Both the position numbers and the translations under genes were made by a program. The notes beneath the pieces were generated by a model. The model had not been told where the DNA came from, did not search any database, and was given only the letters and a program-made list of their open reading frames with translations. Positions 13,369-29,711 of a stretch of 64,000 nt of DNA are shown here, one piece after another. The stretch comes from Octopus sinensis (Eukaryota): the NCBI RefSeq assembly GCF_006345805.1, contig NC_043001.1, forward strand, positions 58,776,001 to 58,840,000, in the 5' to 3' direction. The stretch's first letter is position 1, and each line of letters opens with the position of its first letter.

Positions 13369-16300
13369 TATGAGAACTAGAGACGAAGCAACAACAGAGA
13401 AGTCGTTGGGTATTTCTGAACAGATGACCAAACCGTACACAATGTAAATCATGCTGCAGAAATCTTGAAATTGTTGGGGTAGGTGTGTTATGTTTAGTTC
13501 GATAATACTAAAATTGAAACTGATGTAAAATGCAAAATCGTAAAATTGTAGACGCTGTATTCCTTACTGAACAGATTGTTGTTCAGCATCCACGTCTGCC
13601 TGTACATAAATAAATGTACTGTGTACAAGTGAATCGTATCCGTTAGCAACTATATGTCCCCCAACGTTTGGGGGGAAATATTTGAAAATATCAAATCATG
13701 ATTGTGTCAGAAATACAGATGATTTAGGGAGGCTAGGACGATATATCATGAACGCTTTTATCAGATGGATAGTAGCAGAAAAAAGATGACAGTAAAGAGT
13801 ACAGATTTTATGGTTCTCAACGCTACGAAACTTGAAAGTTGCCAAGCAACACGACAAACATGGTAGCAATGAATCAAAATCAACGAAGAAGAACTACTGC
13901 TCCATGTGCAAACATGTGCACCGTAGAGTAATTTGATTAACCGATATATTTTGGAAATTCACGTTTATTAACTGGATCCGAAACAGGGATCTATTGTGTA
14001 TTGAGTGACGATTTGCACTTATTACACCAGCGACAGAGAAATTATACCAGGATAGTCTGGAAGAATACTTTTGGAATACCAATCATATAGATATCAACTG
14101 GTTGTAAAGAAATACTTCCAGCATTGTAGTCATGTTTTAACCCTAGTTTATATAAGGCGAGGAAGGAGAATTAATTGCAGTTTTTTATGGAGTGTCGTAG
14201 CAATGTAATGTCTCTTTCGTTTGTGAACTAATTTAACAGTAAATCGTTCTCGCATATTCCCTTCTGTAATAATACTACATATGTTTTGGAGTACTTGTTT
14301 TGATTTTTGGATTTAAATAAGCTTAATAGTTTCTTTCATTTCTCAACACATTTTTTTGTTTAAATTTTTAATATTTCAAGCATATTTTGACTCATTATTG
14401 CTCCTCAGCATTTCAACCTTACATTTCCATTACTTACAAATCAATGACATTTCTTTCCTTCATTGTGTATCCATTTTTATATTATTTGCACCCACATTTC
14501 GTGAAGTACAAAATCATAAATAAATTTGCTGTTTTGCTTACAAATCTTTTTCCAGATCCAGATATCATCATTAAAATACCAGCAGTAATATCTCGTACTA
14601 CTATTTAATTAGAAGAAAATTATTGTAGGAATGAAGTGTGTTCTAGAAATCTCCGAATTGATATATCTTCTAGTAAATTTAAACAACAGAGTCTGTGATA
14701 AAGCATTAACTAATGCCAAACGTAATCTAGACTAAGTGATAGATAGATACATGCCTGAAATAAATTCTCGTCTAATTAGAACTTTCTATCATTATCACTA
14801 AGAACACCAATATCACCTCTATCACTATCAGCAGAGTAACATCAATATAAATGGTCTTCACCTCCAGCGTGATTAACAAGGAAGTAATATTGCTGCTTGG
14901 AAATTAAGAATAGTGTGAGTGATTTGGCACCAGTAGAAGTCCTGATAAACTGACATCAACAGACGGTATGCACGCTGTCGGGGAAATTTAGGCCATTTAT
15001 CAGCAAGAAACATTACTTATTATTTAGAATGAGTGAAGATAATCTGATACTGAGTAATTGACGGAAAAGTGGGCTTGAAACGATAGAGCTACTTAATCTA
15101 CTTTCAAGCAGGAGGATAGTAGAAAGTTAAATATATGGGAAATGAAATGAAATGTACTTATTTTGGTTACGCCAAATTTAAAATCTGCCTCCATTTAACT
15201 GTGTCTGTAGATTTTGATAAATGCAATTCCATGTTTAACTGAGTACAAGACCGTATACAAAAGTGTTCACATATTTCATTTTGGCTTAATGTTAAAGAAA
15301 CTGACGTAAATTTAAACTTACTTTAAGTTTAAGAAGACTAGTTAATACTTTGCGAAACCATCCCGAGTTACTAGTGATTATAAAACTCAGGAAATTGTTG
15401 AACATCTCATGATGCCAAAATCTATTATTGTTTGAAAATTAATTTTTATTTTTTCCCGTTTTATATTTATCTTTCATGGGTTTTCAATGTCGTGAAATTC
15501 GTAAAGCAAAAAATTGTCATCATCATTTAGTTCCAATTACTAATGGAAGCAAATTTACTTCGAGTATACTAATATTTAAAAAGGCATGTTTATTAGAACT
15601 CACACATTTTTTTTCTCTTTTTGATATAAACCAAGTAACTAGACAAATACATCTGTCTATTAATTTATACTTTCAGTTTATCTCAGAATGTAACTTAGAT
15701 GTTTCATAGTATTTTTACCAAATTTCTAATCGGATTTTTCCTTAATATCTTTGTATTTTTATTATCATGAAATAATTTTGTAAATTAGCTGCCTTATTAT
15801 TTGATCTGTTTTGCAACAAATGTTAAAGATTTACGGATAGTTTTTAATATATTGCATTGTTCTTTATTATTTCCTTGAAGCCTTACTCATAGTTTATAAT
15901 TAGTTGAAAACATTCACTCTCTATTATGTTAAAATTTGTGCAACATCAGTAGGTTTCATAAAATTAGAAGCTAATTTGCTATTTGATTCTGATCATCATT
16001 ACAAGTATAATTTGTTTCATATTCGGAAAGCATTTTCACAAATTATTCATGGATTCATTCATACACCTACACAAATTTACATATGCAAATCGCCATGACG
16101 TAAAAAAAAAACATGTCAACAATTTCATAAGATGGTATCATGATTCAAATTCTACTGAAGGTTTATGGCTATTGCATCAACTCAATGACTTAATTGATAT
16201 TTATTTCATAAAATATATTAGAAATGAATTGCAAATCGATGGAAGTGTCAGATAAAATCAGTGGAACAGAGAATTATACATAAAAATTTCAACAGAAACA

Positions 16301-16374
16301 TTAACAACAACAACAATAAAAACGACGACAACAACATTAGCAGCAACAAAAATAATACTTTCTACAATAGGCAC

Positions 16375-16505
16375 AAGGCCAGAAATTGGAGGGGTGTAGT
16401 CGATTACATCAAGAAATGAAAGGTAAATTTGACCTCGGCATAATTTGAACTCAGAACATACCCACGGACGAAATGCCGCTAAGCATTTATCAGTGAGCTA
16501 ATGAT
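16375..16505 (-). mobile_element. SINE family alpha fragment
   Basis: GACCTCGGCATAATTTGAACTCAGAAC...GACGAAATGCCGCTAAGCATTT is the reverse complement of the SINE head at 17190-17260. Confidence 0.7.
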
Positions 16506-16659
16506 TTTTTGATGAAGAATGATGTCAAAATTAAAAAGTAACCAAAACTGCGCTATCTGAACTAGAATTGTTAACAGTGACGGTGTCGCCCGTGGCAGGC
16601 TGGGAGCGTCTGATCAAGCTCCGGCAGGTCGTCACTAAGCTATTGATCGGGGCCAAAAT

Positions 16660-18310
16660 AGCAGTCAAAAGGGCAAACGTAAAAAAAAAAAATGAAAACG
16701 GAAATAGAAGTAAACAAAATAATAATAGAATGCTGGTTGAGAAGTGAACCAAATGAAAAAGCCTACAACAATCGAATGAAGAGAATATAGGATGAAAAGG
16801 AAAGTATTTAAGCATCTGCCCAGCGACTGATTGATCAAGCAAGAACAATCCATAGGAACGATTACGAGAGCAGAGACTGAAGAAATTCAGAGTAAGATAA
16901 TAAAAAAGAGCAGGAGAGCGAAACAGTAGTATTAGAAAGCGGTAAAGAAGTGGTAAAAGATGAAAAACATGAAACAGATGGAAACTGAAGAGTACCAGAG
17001 AATACTGATAAAGTAACCAATGAAGACGAAATTGATGGACAAGTGCCAATAAGTACTACACAAGAATTGAATGATGAAGGGGCGATTTTAGAAATGTTGC
17101 GATAAAGTGACTGATGGGAACAATGGAGTACCACCGAATGTAAGATATATGGATAGAAAAGAATAAGGGGGCGACCTGGTAGAATGGTTACCACGCCGGG
17201 CGAAATGCTTAGCGGTATTTCGTCTGCCGCTACATTCTGAGATCAAATTCTGCCGAGGTCGACTGTGCCTTTCATCCTTTCGAGGTCGATTAAATAAGTA
17301 CCAGTTACGCACTGGGGTCGATATAATCGACTTAATCCGTTTGTCTGTCCTTGTTTGTCCTCTCAGTGTTTAAACCCTTGTTGGTAGTAAAGAAATAAGT
17401 ATTTCGTCTGCCGTTACGTTCTGAGTTCAAATTCCGCCGAGGTCGACTTTGCTTTCGTCCTTCCAGGGTCGATTAACTAAGTATCAGTTACGCACTGGGA
17501 CCGACGTAATCGACTTATTCCTCTTGATTGTTCTCTCTGTGTTTAGCCACCTATAGGCAATAAATAAATATATATGAGTAGAAAACGAGTGAGGAAAGCC
17601 ACAGGCAAAGTAAATGACGTTTTAAGCTTGATTAAAACAGAAAACATCAGTGAAACAAACCAGCTAATCATAGCTACTGCTAATGTCGTAGCCAACCTAG
17701 TAGGCTACAAGCGAAAAACTGAAGATATAATAGCAAATGAAAAGAAAGAACCAAACTGAAAGAAAAGAATACGAATGAAGCTGGAAAAGATAGGAATGAA
17801 ATGAAGCAATTGAGCAGGATAATTAGATGAGAGCTCAAGAATAAGAAAGTAATAAGAAAATTTAATAGACAGTACAGGTTACAGGACAGAGGAAAACAAG
17901 CATTACATAAAGAATTGGCACAAAAGGTGACAGCATTAAAGACCAAATTGAAAAGATATTATGTTAGAGGCAAATGTGTTCAACAGGACAGACTGTTCCA
18001 TTCAAATAGAATGCGTCTATTTGAGAAAATAAACGGAGGTCAATACTAGGAGCTGAATCCATATGCGGAAGAAATTAAAAAATCGTGAGGAAGTCTGTAG
18101 ATAAGGCCGGCGAGATATAAAGAAAGCGTGGGGGCTAACAAAAATGGAAAGATAAACTGTACCAAGTCAAAATGAAGTCAGAATTAATCTATATAAACCG
18201 AGTCAGAAGTTTTTTTTTTAAATTGCAAATTGGAAAGGACCAGGACCGGATGAGGTACAAGGTTACAGGCTGAAGAACTTTACACAGCTGTATGAAAGTA
18301 TCATGTCCGT
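16660..18310 (+). pseudogene. Old R4/Dong-clade LINE 5' part (Myb-like N-terminus to start of RT), heavily decayed and interrupted by a SINE
   Basis: Peptides KTEIEVNKIIIECWLRSEPNEKAYNNRMKRI, SAQRLIDQARTIHRN, KELAQKVTALKTKLKRY and NWKGPGPDEVQGYRLKNF resemble the R4 motifs KWT.EEN..IM.CY, EQRLADQ.R.I and NWK.PGPD.VQGYWLK. Confidence 0.7.
17168..17570 (+). mobile_element. tRNA-derived SINE family alpha, partial tandem dimer
   Basis: A-box-like TGGTAGAATGG and B-box-like GAGTTCAAATTCC; ~195-bp body repeated (GTATTTCGTCTGCCG at ~17216 and ~17399). Confidence 0.85.
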
Positions 18311-18739
18311 GACAGGATGACACAAACATTGAATTGAATTTAGCAATTACCAAACGACCATCCTCGGATTATCGAATGCAGTTGCTAGAGTATTACTGTA
18401 CCTGCACTTGCAAATCTAGCATCCATTTCGGTATCCTCCTGCCCAGTAATTCTGAAAACAGCATCGAGATTCATAATTTTCACATGCCTCTCTCATGTTC
18501 CAGAAACAGGCAGAGTATACTGGAAAATGTTTTTGAAATAACCAAATGTCTCCGTCTTTGAAACACTTATTCTCATCCTTGTCTTTCAGCACTCGGAAGC
18601 AAAACCATTCAGAGACTCACTAAGCAGCACCGTGTCGCCTGCAAATATCAGCAAACAGGTCGTACACACACTAACTGTGATGCCTTTTCCACAATTACAG
18701 TGCATATCAATCTATTTTAAATTATGAAAAGAGAATTGA

Positions 18740-19320
18740 CTTACGTACCATGCCCGATGCCAAACCCTCATTTATAGATTTCAACGTAGCACCGTTCACC
18801 TGAACTTAAAATTTGTATAGAGATCCCACACTAACCAGACATTTCCCTCCGAACTCGAACTCTTGCAAAACTCTGCAGAATGCCCCACGGCATGCTATCG
18901 TATACCTTTCTGGTTGTTTACAAAGTACCTCTTGAAAATATTCCCAAGATTTCTGGAAGACGTCCATGGAATGAATATTTGGTCGGTCGTGCAGCTCCAG
19001 GATAACAACTATAGTGTTCCTAAGATAATGTGAACTCGACAATGTCATTACATCTATTTTCCAGGCATTTAGCGGAGAATTTACTGGGATGGCTTACCGA
19101 GGCGATGCGTCTACAATTATGATACTTTTCCTCGTCGTCCTTTTTAAAAATTGGGATTACCACTCCGGATGATCATTACTTTGATATCTTTCCAGGGGTT
19201 TCATCCAACTAGCGTGCATGAGTCAGCCACAGAATACCTTCTCTGCTTAAGTTTTTTTACATCTTAGACAATATTTCGTCCACTCCAACGGCCTTGGCAC
19301 ATTCGAACACATTAGCTTCT
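18740..19320 (-). pseudogene. RTE-clade (Expander/Rex3-like) reverse transcriptase fragment, decayed
   Basis: Minus-strand translation across frameshifts: AKAVGVDEIL, EGILWLT, GVVIPIFKKDD, RSCTTDQIF, QKSWEY, RVLQEF..GKCL..V.SLY. These are typical RTE RT domain 0-3 motifs. Confidence 0.7.
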
Positions 19321-19620
19321 GTGAAGTTATACAGATGTGATACACGTGTCCAGACTATGTTGTAACTTGACCTATTTGTCTATTATCCCATTTGCAGACA
19401 GTTTCAGGTTACACAATACTAGGTGGTGATTAGTTGACTGCACAGCACCTATCTACAAGAACGTCTTGAACACAAACAAAGATTCCAAGACGATAAGGTA
19501 CGTTATCACTGATCGATGGAAAACCTCACCTTTTACATTATATTTGTGTTTCTATTTATCTTAAACACTCCTTTCCATATAAAGTCATCAACACCAACAA
19601 GAGCATCGCAGCCCATAGAA

Positions 19621-19759
<139 letters not shown>

Positions 19760-20096
19760 GTGGGGGAGCATCATAGCCATGTGTTGAGAGGGATTCTTTA
19801 GGGTTTGAATAATTCACCTCTGGAAACATGGGTGGTTCTTTCAACATCCTTAAACAACCCTTATTCAGGGACCTTTTGAGCAGGATGGGCTACTCAACCT
19901 GAAGAAAATTCTAACTGGGCCCCACCTGCAAGGTCATGTGCTGTTTATTTTGATATGAGATCATCATGCCGCGCACATATGGTTGTGATGCATGTGCCTG
20001 GTGTACCCTTATCAGACGGGTAGTCATGATGGGTATACTGGGCTTCGTATATTTTACCCCAGTGTCACTTTGATGGCATGCACTGCTCTCTCACTC
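19760..20096 (+). mobile_element. Family A 3' fragment with (AAT)n tail (20097-20123)
   Basis: Near-identical to 5675-6011; flanked on both sides by (AAT)n. Confidence 0.85.
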
Positions 20097-20123
20097 AATA
20101 ATAATAATAATAATAATAATAAT

Positions 20124-22874
<2,751 letters not shown>

Positions 22875-22880
22875 CAACAA

Positions 22881-23425
22881 TGTTAGGTGCCCTGATGCAG
22901 TATCAGGTACTGGCTCTCATAGCTTCTGATCTTAACTAATTTGAAGTGCTAACATGCACATAGTTTTGTCTTCGTATGAAAGGTGGGCTACAGCAAATAT
23001 TCTGCTCAATATCACAGATTTGCTTGTCAGTTGTTTGACATTAGGCAGTGAAGCATTTTTCTCAGTTGCTGACAATAAGTGTATCTCTGATCACGAGTAG
23101 AAGTTGAGTGGGAGCATCATAGCCATATGTTGAGAAGAATTCTTTCGGGTTTGAATATTCAGCTCTGAGAAGATGGGTGTTTCATGCAAAATCCTTATGC
23201 AACCCTTATTCATGGAACTTTCAAGTAGAATGTGCCACTCGACCTGAAGAAATTTGTAACTGGACCCCACCTGCAATGTCATGCGTTGTTAATATTGATG
23301 TGAGATCACCATTTCGTGCACATATGGTTGTGATGAATGTGTTGGTATACTCTTATCAGACCGGTAGTTATGATTGGTAAACTAGGTTTCGTATATTGTA
23401 CGCCTGTGTCACTTTCATGGAATGA
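22881..23425 (+). mobile_element. Family A, longer and more diverged copy
   Basis: The 3' 350 bp align with 5648-6011; flanked by (AAT)n on both sides. Confidence 0.75.
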
Positions 23426-23507
23426 AAATAATAATAATAATATTAATAATAATAATGATGATGATAATAATGATTATGATGATGATAGTAATAATAATAA
23501 TAATAAT

Positions 23508-23568
<61 letters not shown>

Positions 23569-23759
23569 TAATAATATTAATAATAATAATTATAATGATA
23601 ATAATAATAATAATAATAATAATGAGAGTGATAATAATAATGATAATAATAATAATAATAATAATATAATATAATAATAATAATAATAATAATAATGATA
23701 ATAATAATAATAATAATTATAATTATGATAAAATAATAATAATAATATTATTAATAATG

Positions 23760-23791
<32 letters not shown>

Positions 23792-23895
23792 TAATAATAA
23801 TGATAATAAGAATAATAATGATGATAATAATAATAATGATAATAATAATAATATTAATAATAATAATGATGATGATAATCATAATAATAATAATG

Positions 23896-23935
<40 letters not shown>

Positions 23936-23985
23936 TAATAATAATAATAATGATGATGATGATGATAATAATAATAATAATAATA

Positions 23986-24023
<38 letters not shown>

Positions 24024-24055
24024 TAATAATATAATAATATAATAATAATAATGAT
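23426..24055 (+). repeat. Long degenerate (AAT)n/(GAT)n microsatellite (~630 bp)
   Basis: Directly visible. Confidence 0.95.
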
Positions 24056-24059
24056 AAGT

Positions 24060-24235
24060 CTTAGCACCAGTGGAGTATAAATTAAGACATGACAGTGTTG
24101 GCCAATATCTACACTGGCTAATAAGTCGGTATTACAATATCAAAACTGCCGACAAGTGGTATAATCACCACCCAGAGGCTGTAACTGAAGGAGAAAATGT
24201 AACCATTCTGTGGGACTTTCATGTACATACAGAAC
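24060..24235 (+). pseudogene. R4/Dong-clade fragment (post-CCHC region) of another family
   Basis: EYKLRHDSVGQYLHWLISRYYNIKTADKWYNHHPEAVTEGENVTILWDFHVHT parallels EYIHRHDRVGTYIHWKLC..WYRHTPE..ATILWD in copy A. Confidence 0.8.
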
Positions 24236-24421
24236 TGTTGCTGCTCATGTATTTTAATTTAACTTTAAAAAAAAATAAATAAATAATAAAAAAAAAAAAT
24301 GAACGAACTATTGAGTTTGGTTTAATGGCCAACCAATGTATACTATGAGTTTCTTTGCCCTAGGAGTTGGGAAGACACTCGGCAAGAAATGGAGGCAAAA
24401 TTGAAAGAAGAAAAAAAATTA

Positions 24422-24486
<65 letters not shown>

Positions 24487-24493
<7 letters not shown>

Positions 24494-25388
24494 GCCATAA
24501 CTGAAGACAGCCACAGAAAGAAGAAAGGCCTCAGTATAGCCTGGATCAACTACAAAAAGGCGCTTGATAGCATCCCCCACACATGGATCCTCGAAACACT
24601 AGCCATTAACAAAGTAGCACCAACAATCATAAAATTCATAGGGCACTCTATGAATAAATGGCAAATAGCCCTACACCTCCAAACAAAAGAGGGACTCATG
24701 AAAACCAAAGACATCCCCATTAGAAGAGTAATATTCCAGGGAGACACGCTCTCTCCACTCCTTTTCTGCTTGGCACTGTCACCCCTATCTGATATGCTAA
24801 ATAGAACTGGATGCGGATATAAATGTTACGGCAAAACGATCAGCCACCTTTTATATATGGATGACCTAAAACTATACGCTGAAAATGACAAACAGCTGGA
24901 AACACTATTAAAGACAGTTCATGGATTTACCAAAGAAATAGATATGAAATTTGGATTAGAAAAATGCGCGAAAGTAACCCTGAAAAGAGGAAAACTAGTT
25001 AAGAGTAGCAACATCACACGAGATAAAACCAATGAAATAAAAGAATTAGACCAAAGCCAAACTTACAAATACTTAGGAATCCATGAACTAGATAAGACAC
25101 AACACACACAAATGAAAGAGAAAATAAAAAAAGAATATTATAGACGAGTTAGATCAACACTAAAAACAGAGCTCAATGCTAAAAACAAGATAATAGGTAT
25201 TAACACTTTAGCTGTCCCAGTTATAAGTTACAGCTACAATATCCTTAACTGGACACTAAATGAAACTGATACAATTAGTGGCAAAACACGAGCAAAACAA
25301 AAACTGTTCTCAGTATTTAAGGAAGCTGACAAATACAAACAACAAATCATACCACCTAATAAATATGAAGAAGAAGAAGAAGAAGAAG

Positions 25389-25420
<32 letters not shown>

Positions 25421-26438
25421 GAAGAAGAAGAAGAAGAAGAAGAAGAAGAAGAAGAAGAAGAAGAAGAAGAAGAGAAGAAGAAGAAGAAGAAGAAGAAGAA
25501 GAAGAAAATGAAAGAACAACAAAAGCTATAAAACAAATGAAATCCAAACTAAAAATAGAACAGCAACGAATCATGATAAGCCGATGGCAAGAAAAGCCCC
25601 TTCATGGTAAATACTGGACTAAACTAAACGCAAAAATAAATAGACAAAGAAAAATCCCAGCAATGGTTGAGAAGCTCAGGACTCAAAGCAGAAACAGTGG
25701 GATTTTTAATTGCAGCACAAGACTAAAGCCTCCCCACCAGAAATTACCACAAACATGTAATGTACAAGTAACTGCAGAATATGTGGAGATGGACAAGAAA
25801 CAATAAATCATATTATCTCTAGCTGCCCAGTCCTGGCTAAGAAGGAATATATTCACAGACATGACAGAGTTGGAACCTACATACATTGGAAGCTATGCCA
25901 ACATTATGGAATAACAACAGAAAAAAGATGGTATAGGCACACACCAGAAAAGGTCACAGAAAACGAGAAAGCAACCATACTCTGGGATATGCCGATACAC
26001 ACAGATAGAGAAATTAAGGCCAACAGACCAGATATAGTTGTCAGAGATCATGAAGAAAAAAAATGCTTTCTAATTCATGTATCAATACCGGCAGATGACA
26101 ACGTGTCTCTAAAAGAAATGGAGAATCTCTCAAAATACAAAGACCTGGAAATAGAGGTAACCAGAATGTGAAATCTGAAAACAGAAACAATTCCTATCAT
26201 AGTAGGTGCATTAGGCATGATAAAAAATATTCAGACAAATACATAACAAAAACACCAGGACTTACAAACACATATAAAATACAGAAAATTGCACTACTAG
26301 GCACTGCACACATCCTACGCAGATCACTTTCCATACAATAACCATCAGAGCATCACAACAAATCACAGCACATACCCAAGGCAAACAGAGCTGCGCTCGG
26401 TAGTAAAGTGAAAGCACGCTATAAAAATAAAACTACTG
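24487..26438 (+). mobile_element. R4/Dong family 1 copy B: 5'-truncated, ~185-bp internal deletion, expanded (GAA)n
   Basis: Near-identical to 20735-22761 by eye. The 5' junction merges with (AAT)n 24420-24490 through TAATAAA. Same 3' end AAAACTACTG plus an (AAT)5 tail. Confidence 0.93.
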
Positions 26439-26454
26439 AATAATAATAATAATG

Positions 26455-26840
26455 ATTAAGGATAATAGATAAGGAAAAGCGAAATTGCTTATTGATTGAT
26501 CCATTATGTCTGTGTGATTCCAAGCTTGTAAAGAAGAAAGATGAAAATTTTCATAACTTTGCGAAAATTCGGAGTATTGAAACTGTGCAAGTTGTACCTG
26601 TAATATTTGATGCCTTAGGTACTATAAATAATGATAGGGACAAATGGTTGGGGGAAATTGGAACGGAATGAAATATTTTGTAGAGCTTCAACGGAAAAGT
26701 TGCATCTTAGGAACAGGAAAGATTATCAGAAGTGTTTTGAGCTCTTGTAAGATTATTGAAAGTTTGTGGATATTTAAGGTTACAGATAGCAACCTGTTAC
26801 CCACATATATTCTACTCAGAATAAGACTAAACCTAAATCA
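26455..26840 (+). pseudogene. R4/Dong-clade RLE 3' fragment, old
   Basis: IIDKEKRNCLLID...VQVVPVIFDALGT...LQRKSCILGTGKIIRSVL resembles the RLE C-terminus (VPVVIGALG, LQK..LLGTA.ILR.VL). Confidence 0.65.
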
Positions 26841-26869
26841 GATCGAATAATGAGAACAATAGCAATTCT

Positions 26870-27038
26870 TTCTATTATAGACAAAAGGCCTAAATTTTAT
26901 GAAGTTGGTTAGTCGATAACATCGACGAAAGTATTCAAGTAATACTTATTTTATCTACCCCGAAAAGCCAAAAGTCGACTTCGTTAAGCGTCGTTAATAA
27001 TTTTGTCCGGCGTGCTATTGGGCCTACCAGCTCACTGC
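26870..27038 (-). mobile_element. SINE family alpha, degraded
   Basis: AGTCGATAACATCGAC, AAAGTCGACTTCG and TACCAGCTCACTGC blocks. Confidence 0.55.
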
Positions 27039-27076
27039 ATTAATAATATGATGATGATGATAATGATGATGATGAT

Positions 27077-27760
27077 GCCCAGGATCAGGCATTGAATACC
27101 AACTTAGTAAAAAAGAATATATGCCACTCGAGTGCAACGAACATCTGAAGAATGCGTGGGAAGAAAGTCGAAAAATTGACTCACATTGTTAGTACTTGTG
27201 AAAGTCTTGCGCAGAAAGAGTACAACCATAGACACGACAAGGTAGGCCAACATTTCCACAGGCTGCTATGACGTAACTATGGATATGAGATTACGGGTCA
27301 CGCTCGAAAAGATAATAGTCGGAAAAGGAAAGGAAAAAATCCCGTGGGACTTTCACACAATGAAGCACGGAAGGCCGGATATAATAATCTTTAGGAGTGA
27401 CAAACAAGTATGCCTAATAATTGATGCAGCAATACCAGATCAACATATCATCAAAGAAAGAGAAAAGATTGATAAATATGGAGACCTGAGAATTGAGATC
27501 GCTAAGATGTAGCAGATAGAGAGTCAAACATAAAGATTATCCCTGTTGTTATTGGAGTATTGGTTTCATTACCACCCAATCTGAAAAAAAACATCTGAAA
27601 ACTTCAGAAATACCCTACACATTCTAGGTGTATTGCAAAAGTCGGCATTACTTGGAATTGCAAGCATATTACCTCAAGTAGTCTGTCTGAGGTCACTGTT
27701 GTTACTTGACAAATAGTACAAACGCCCAGTAGACAGAATATCTTCAATCAACAACCTCAC
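27077..27760 (+). pseudogene. R4/Dong-clade CCHC-RLE 3' fragment, old
   Basis: AQDQALNTN, THIVSTCESLAQKEYNHRHDKVGQH, RPDIIIF..CLIIDAAIP..KEREKIDKYGDL, KSALLG. Confidence 0.8.
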
Positions 27761-27818
27761 GATATTGTATAATGTGCGACATCTATAATAAAAATAATGC
27801 TCTGATGGACCACCCTTT

Positions 27819-28066
27819 GCCCTATAATAATAGGCGCATTTGGTATGATTAAAAATCATTCAGAAAAATACCTAATTATAACGACAAGACTTACGAATGT
27901 CTATAAAATCCAGAAAATAGCACTACTAGGCAACGCACACGCTCTAAGTAAAGTAATTTTAATACAATGAAAATAAAAGCGCTTTAGGAAACCATATCAC
28001 ATCTCCAAGGCACATAGGTCTGCCTTCGGTAGTACAGTGAAAGTATGTAATAAAAAAGGAGACTAG

Positions 28067-28068
<2 letters not shown>
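27819..28068 (+). mobile_element. Diverged family-1-like R4 3' end with (AAT)/(AAC)n tail to 28265
   Basis: CCTATAATAATAGGCGCATTTGGTATGAT...CAGAAAATAGCACTACTAGGC...CCAAGGCAC...CGGTAGTACAGTGAAAG parallels 22515-22761. Confidence 0.75.
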
Positions 28069-28151
<83 letters not shown>

Positions 28152-28214
28152 CAACAACAACAACAACAACAACAGCAACAACAACAACAACACCAAACAC
28201 AATAATAACAATAA

Positions 28215-28266
<52 letters not shown>

Positions 28267-28884
28267 CAGCTTATTTACTTCTACGAAGGCATTAAGAAAT
28301 TGGTTTACTTTTAATTTATTATTTGTTAAGTTCTATTGCAAATCCATCAGTATTTTTACTTGATATGAAATTTTATTTCATTTTTATAATTCAGTATAAT
28401 TTTTTTATTGATTGCAAGTTAAACATTTATTACTTTTTATGTGTTAATCTGATCTCTTTTTTAGATCTTATATTTATGTCTCTTTTTGATGGTTTTAGAT
28501 TAATGAATGTATTTTCATGTTAATTTCATAGAATTGTCTTTTCTCTAGCAAACAGAATCTTTTAAAATTATTAATTACTCCACAGGTATAAGTATGAGTT
28601 AATCATCTGTAGCAGTTCAGTTTACAATGGATATAAAAAAATATATTACTTTCTCACCAGTATTAATAAATGCCTTTATTGTTAAAACTTTGTTAATTAA
28701 TTATTTTGTTAGCTGAATACACGTGATTGGCTCATTTAGATTATATAATTTTTATATATGAAACTTGATTTTGAATGAAGCAAATCGTTTATTCGTAGAT
28801 GAGAAAAATCAACTAAACTTCAGTATTAATAATTACATGAATCTGAGGCTGTTATAAGAAGCTTCTTTCCTAACAACGTGTTTG

Positions 28885-29170
28885 TGATTCCCATCCCATT
28901 GTGTGGCACTTCGTATCTTCTACTATAGCAGCGGGCCGACTAAAGTCATGTGAGTGGATATGGTAGACTGAAATTGAAAGAAGCCATGGTATATATATAT
29001 GTACGTGTGGGCGTTTGTGCGGGTGCGTGTGTCTGTGTATATGTGCGATTGTGTGTATGTGTCATTTTGCTTCTGTTGTAGTTGTTCCGACACACTACTT
29101 GGCAATCGGTGTTGGTTTGTTTAGGTTACCGTAAATTAGCACTTCAGCAAAGAGATCTATAGAATAATTA
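28885..29170 (+). mobile_element. SINE family beta with internal (TA)/(TG) tract
   Basis: TCTTCTACTATAGC..GGGCCGACTAAAG..GTGAGTGGAT..GGTAGAC.GAAA.TGAAAGAAGCC, then the microsatellite, then the 3' body. Confidence 0.7.
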
Positions 29171-29711
29171 CCTTCGGTCATGAATTACCTCCGGATTGAA
29201 TCTAGAAAGTTCACTTCCGAAGCACAGTCCGCGCAAATTATATCTACAGCAGAGTGAACTGGAGCAACGCGAAATAAAGTGTCTTGCGCAAGAACAAAGT
29301 CTTAGAGAAAGAAATATTGACGCCGATTGCTTAGAATGATCACTTCAGATCGGTGCCCCAACATGACGGCAGTGCAATGATAGAAACACGTAAATGACAA
29401 TGATATATAAGAATAGATTCTTCTCTCATAGATGACTGATGAGCGTTCCATAAATTTCATTGAACAACTTGCACAGAATATTTCTTTATGTGGATCAGAT
29501 ACTTCTGCTGCACATTATCTCTTCTCTACATCAAACTGAATCGAAATTGCCCGTACAAATGCACTATCTACCACAAGTGATCACCGAGTAACGGGAGATA
29601 ATGTTTTTTCATCACGGACACAAGCACCGGTCGGTCCGGAAATCGAAGCCAGGATCATGTGAAGGTGTATGAGGCAGCCTAAATTGATATTCTTTTCTAT
29701 TCTAGGTAGAA

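Noticed and set aside
17168-17260. tRNA gene
   Set aside because: A/B boxes are present but there is no complete cloverleaf, and the sequence continues into a multi-copy SINE body.
24389-25531. 380-aa ORF with poly-N, RT and poly-E/K
   Set aside because: Read-through of the (AAT)n target and the expanded (GAA)n in a deleted R4 copy.
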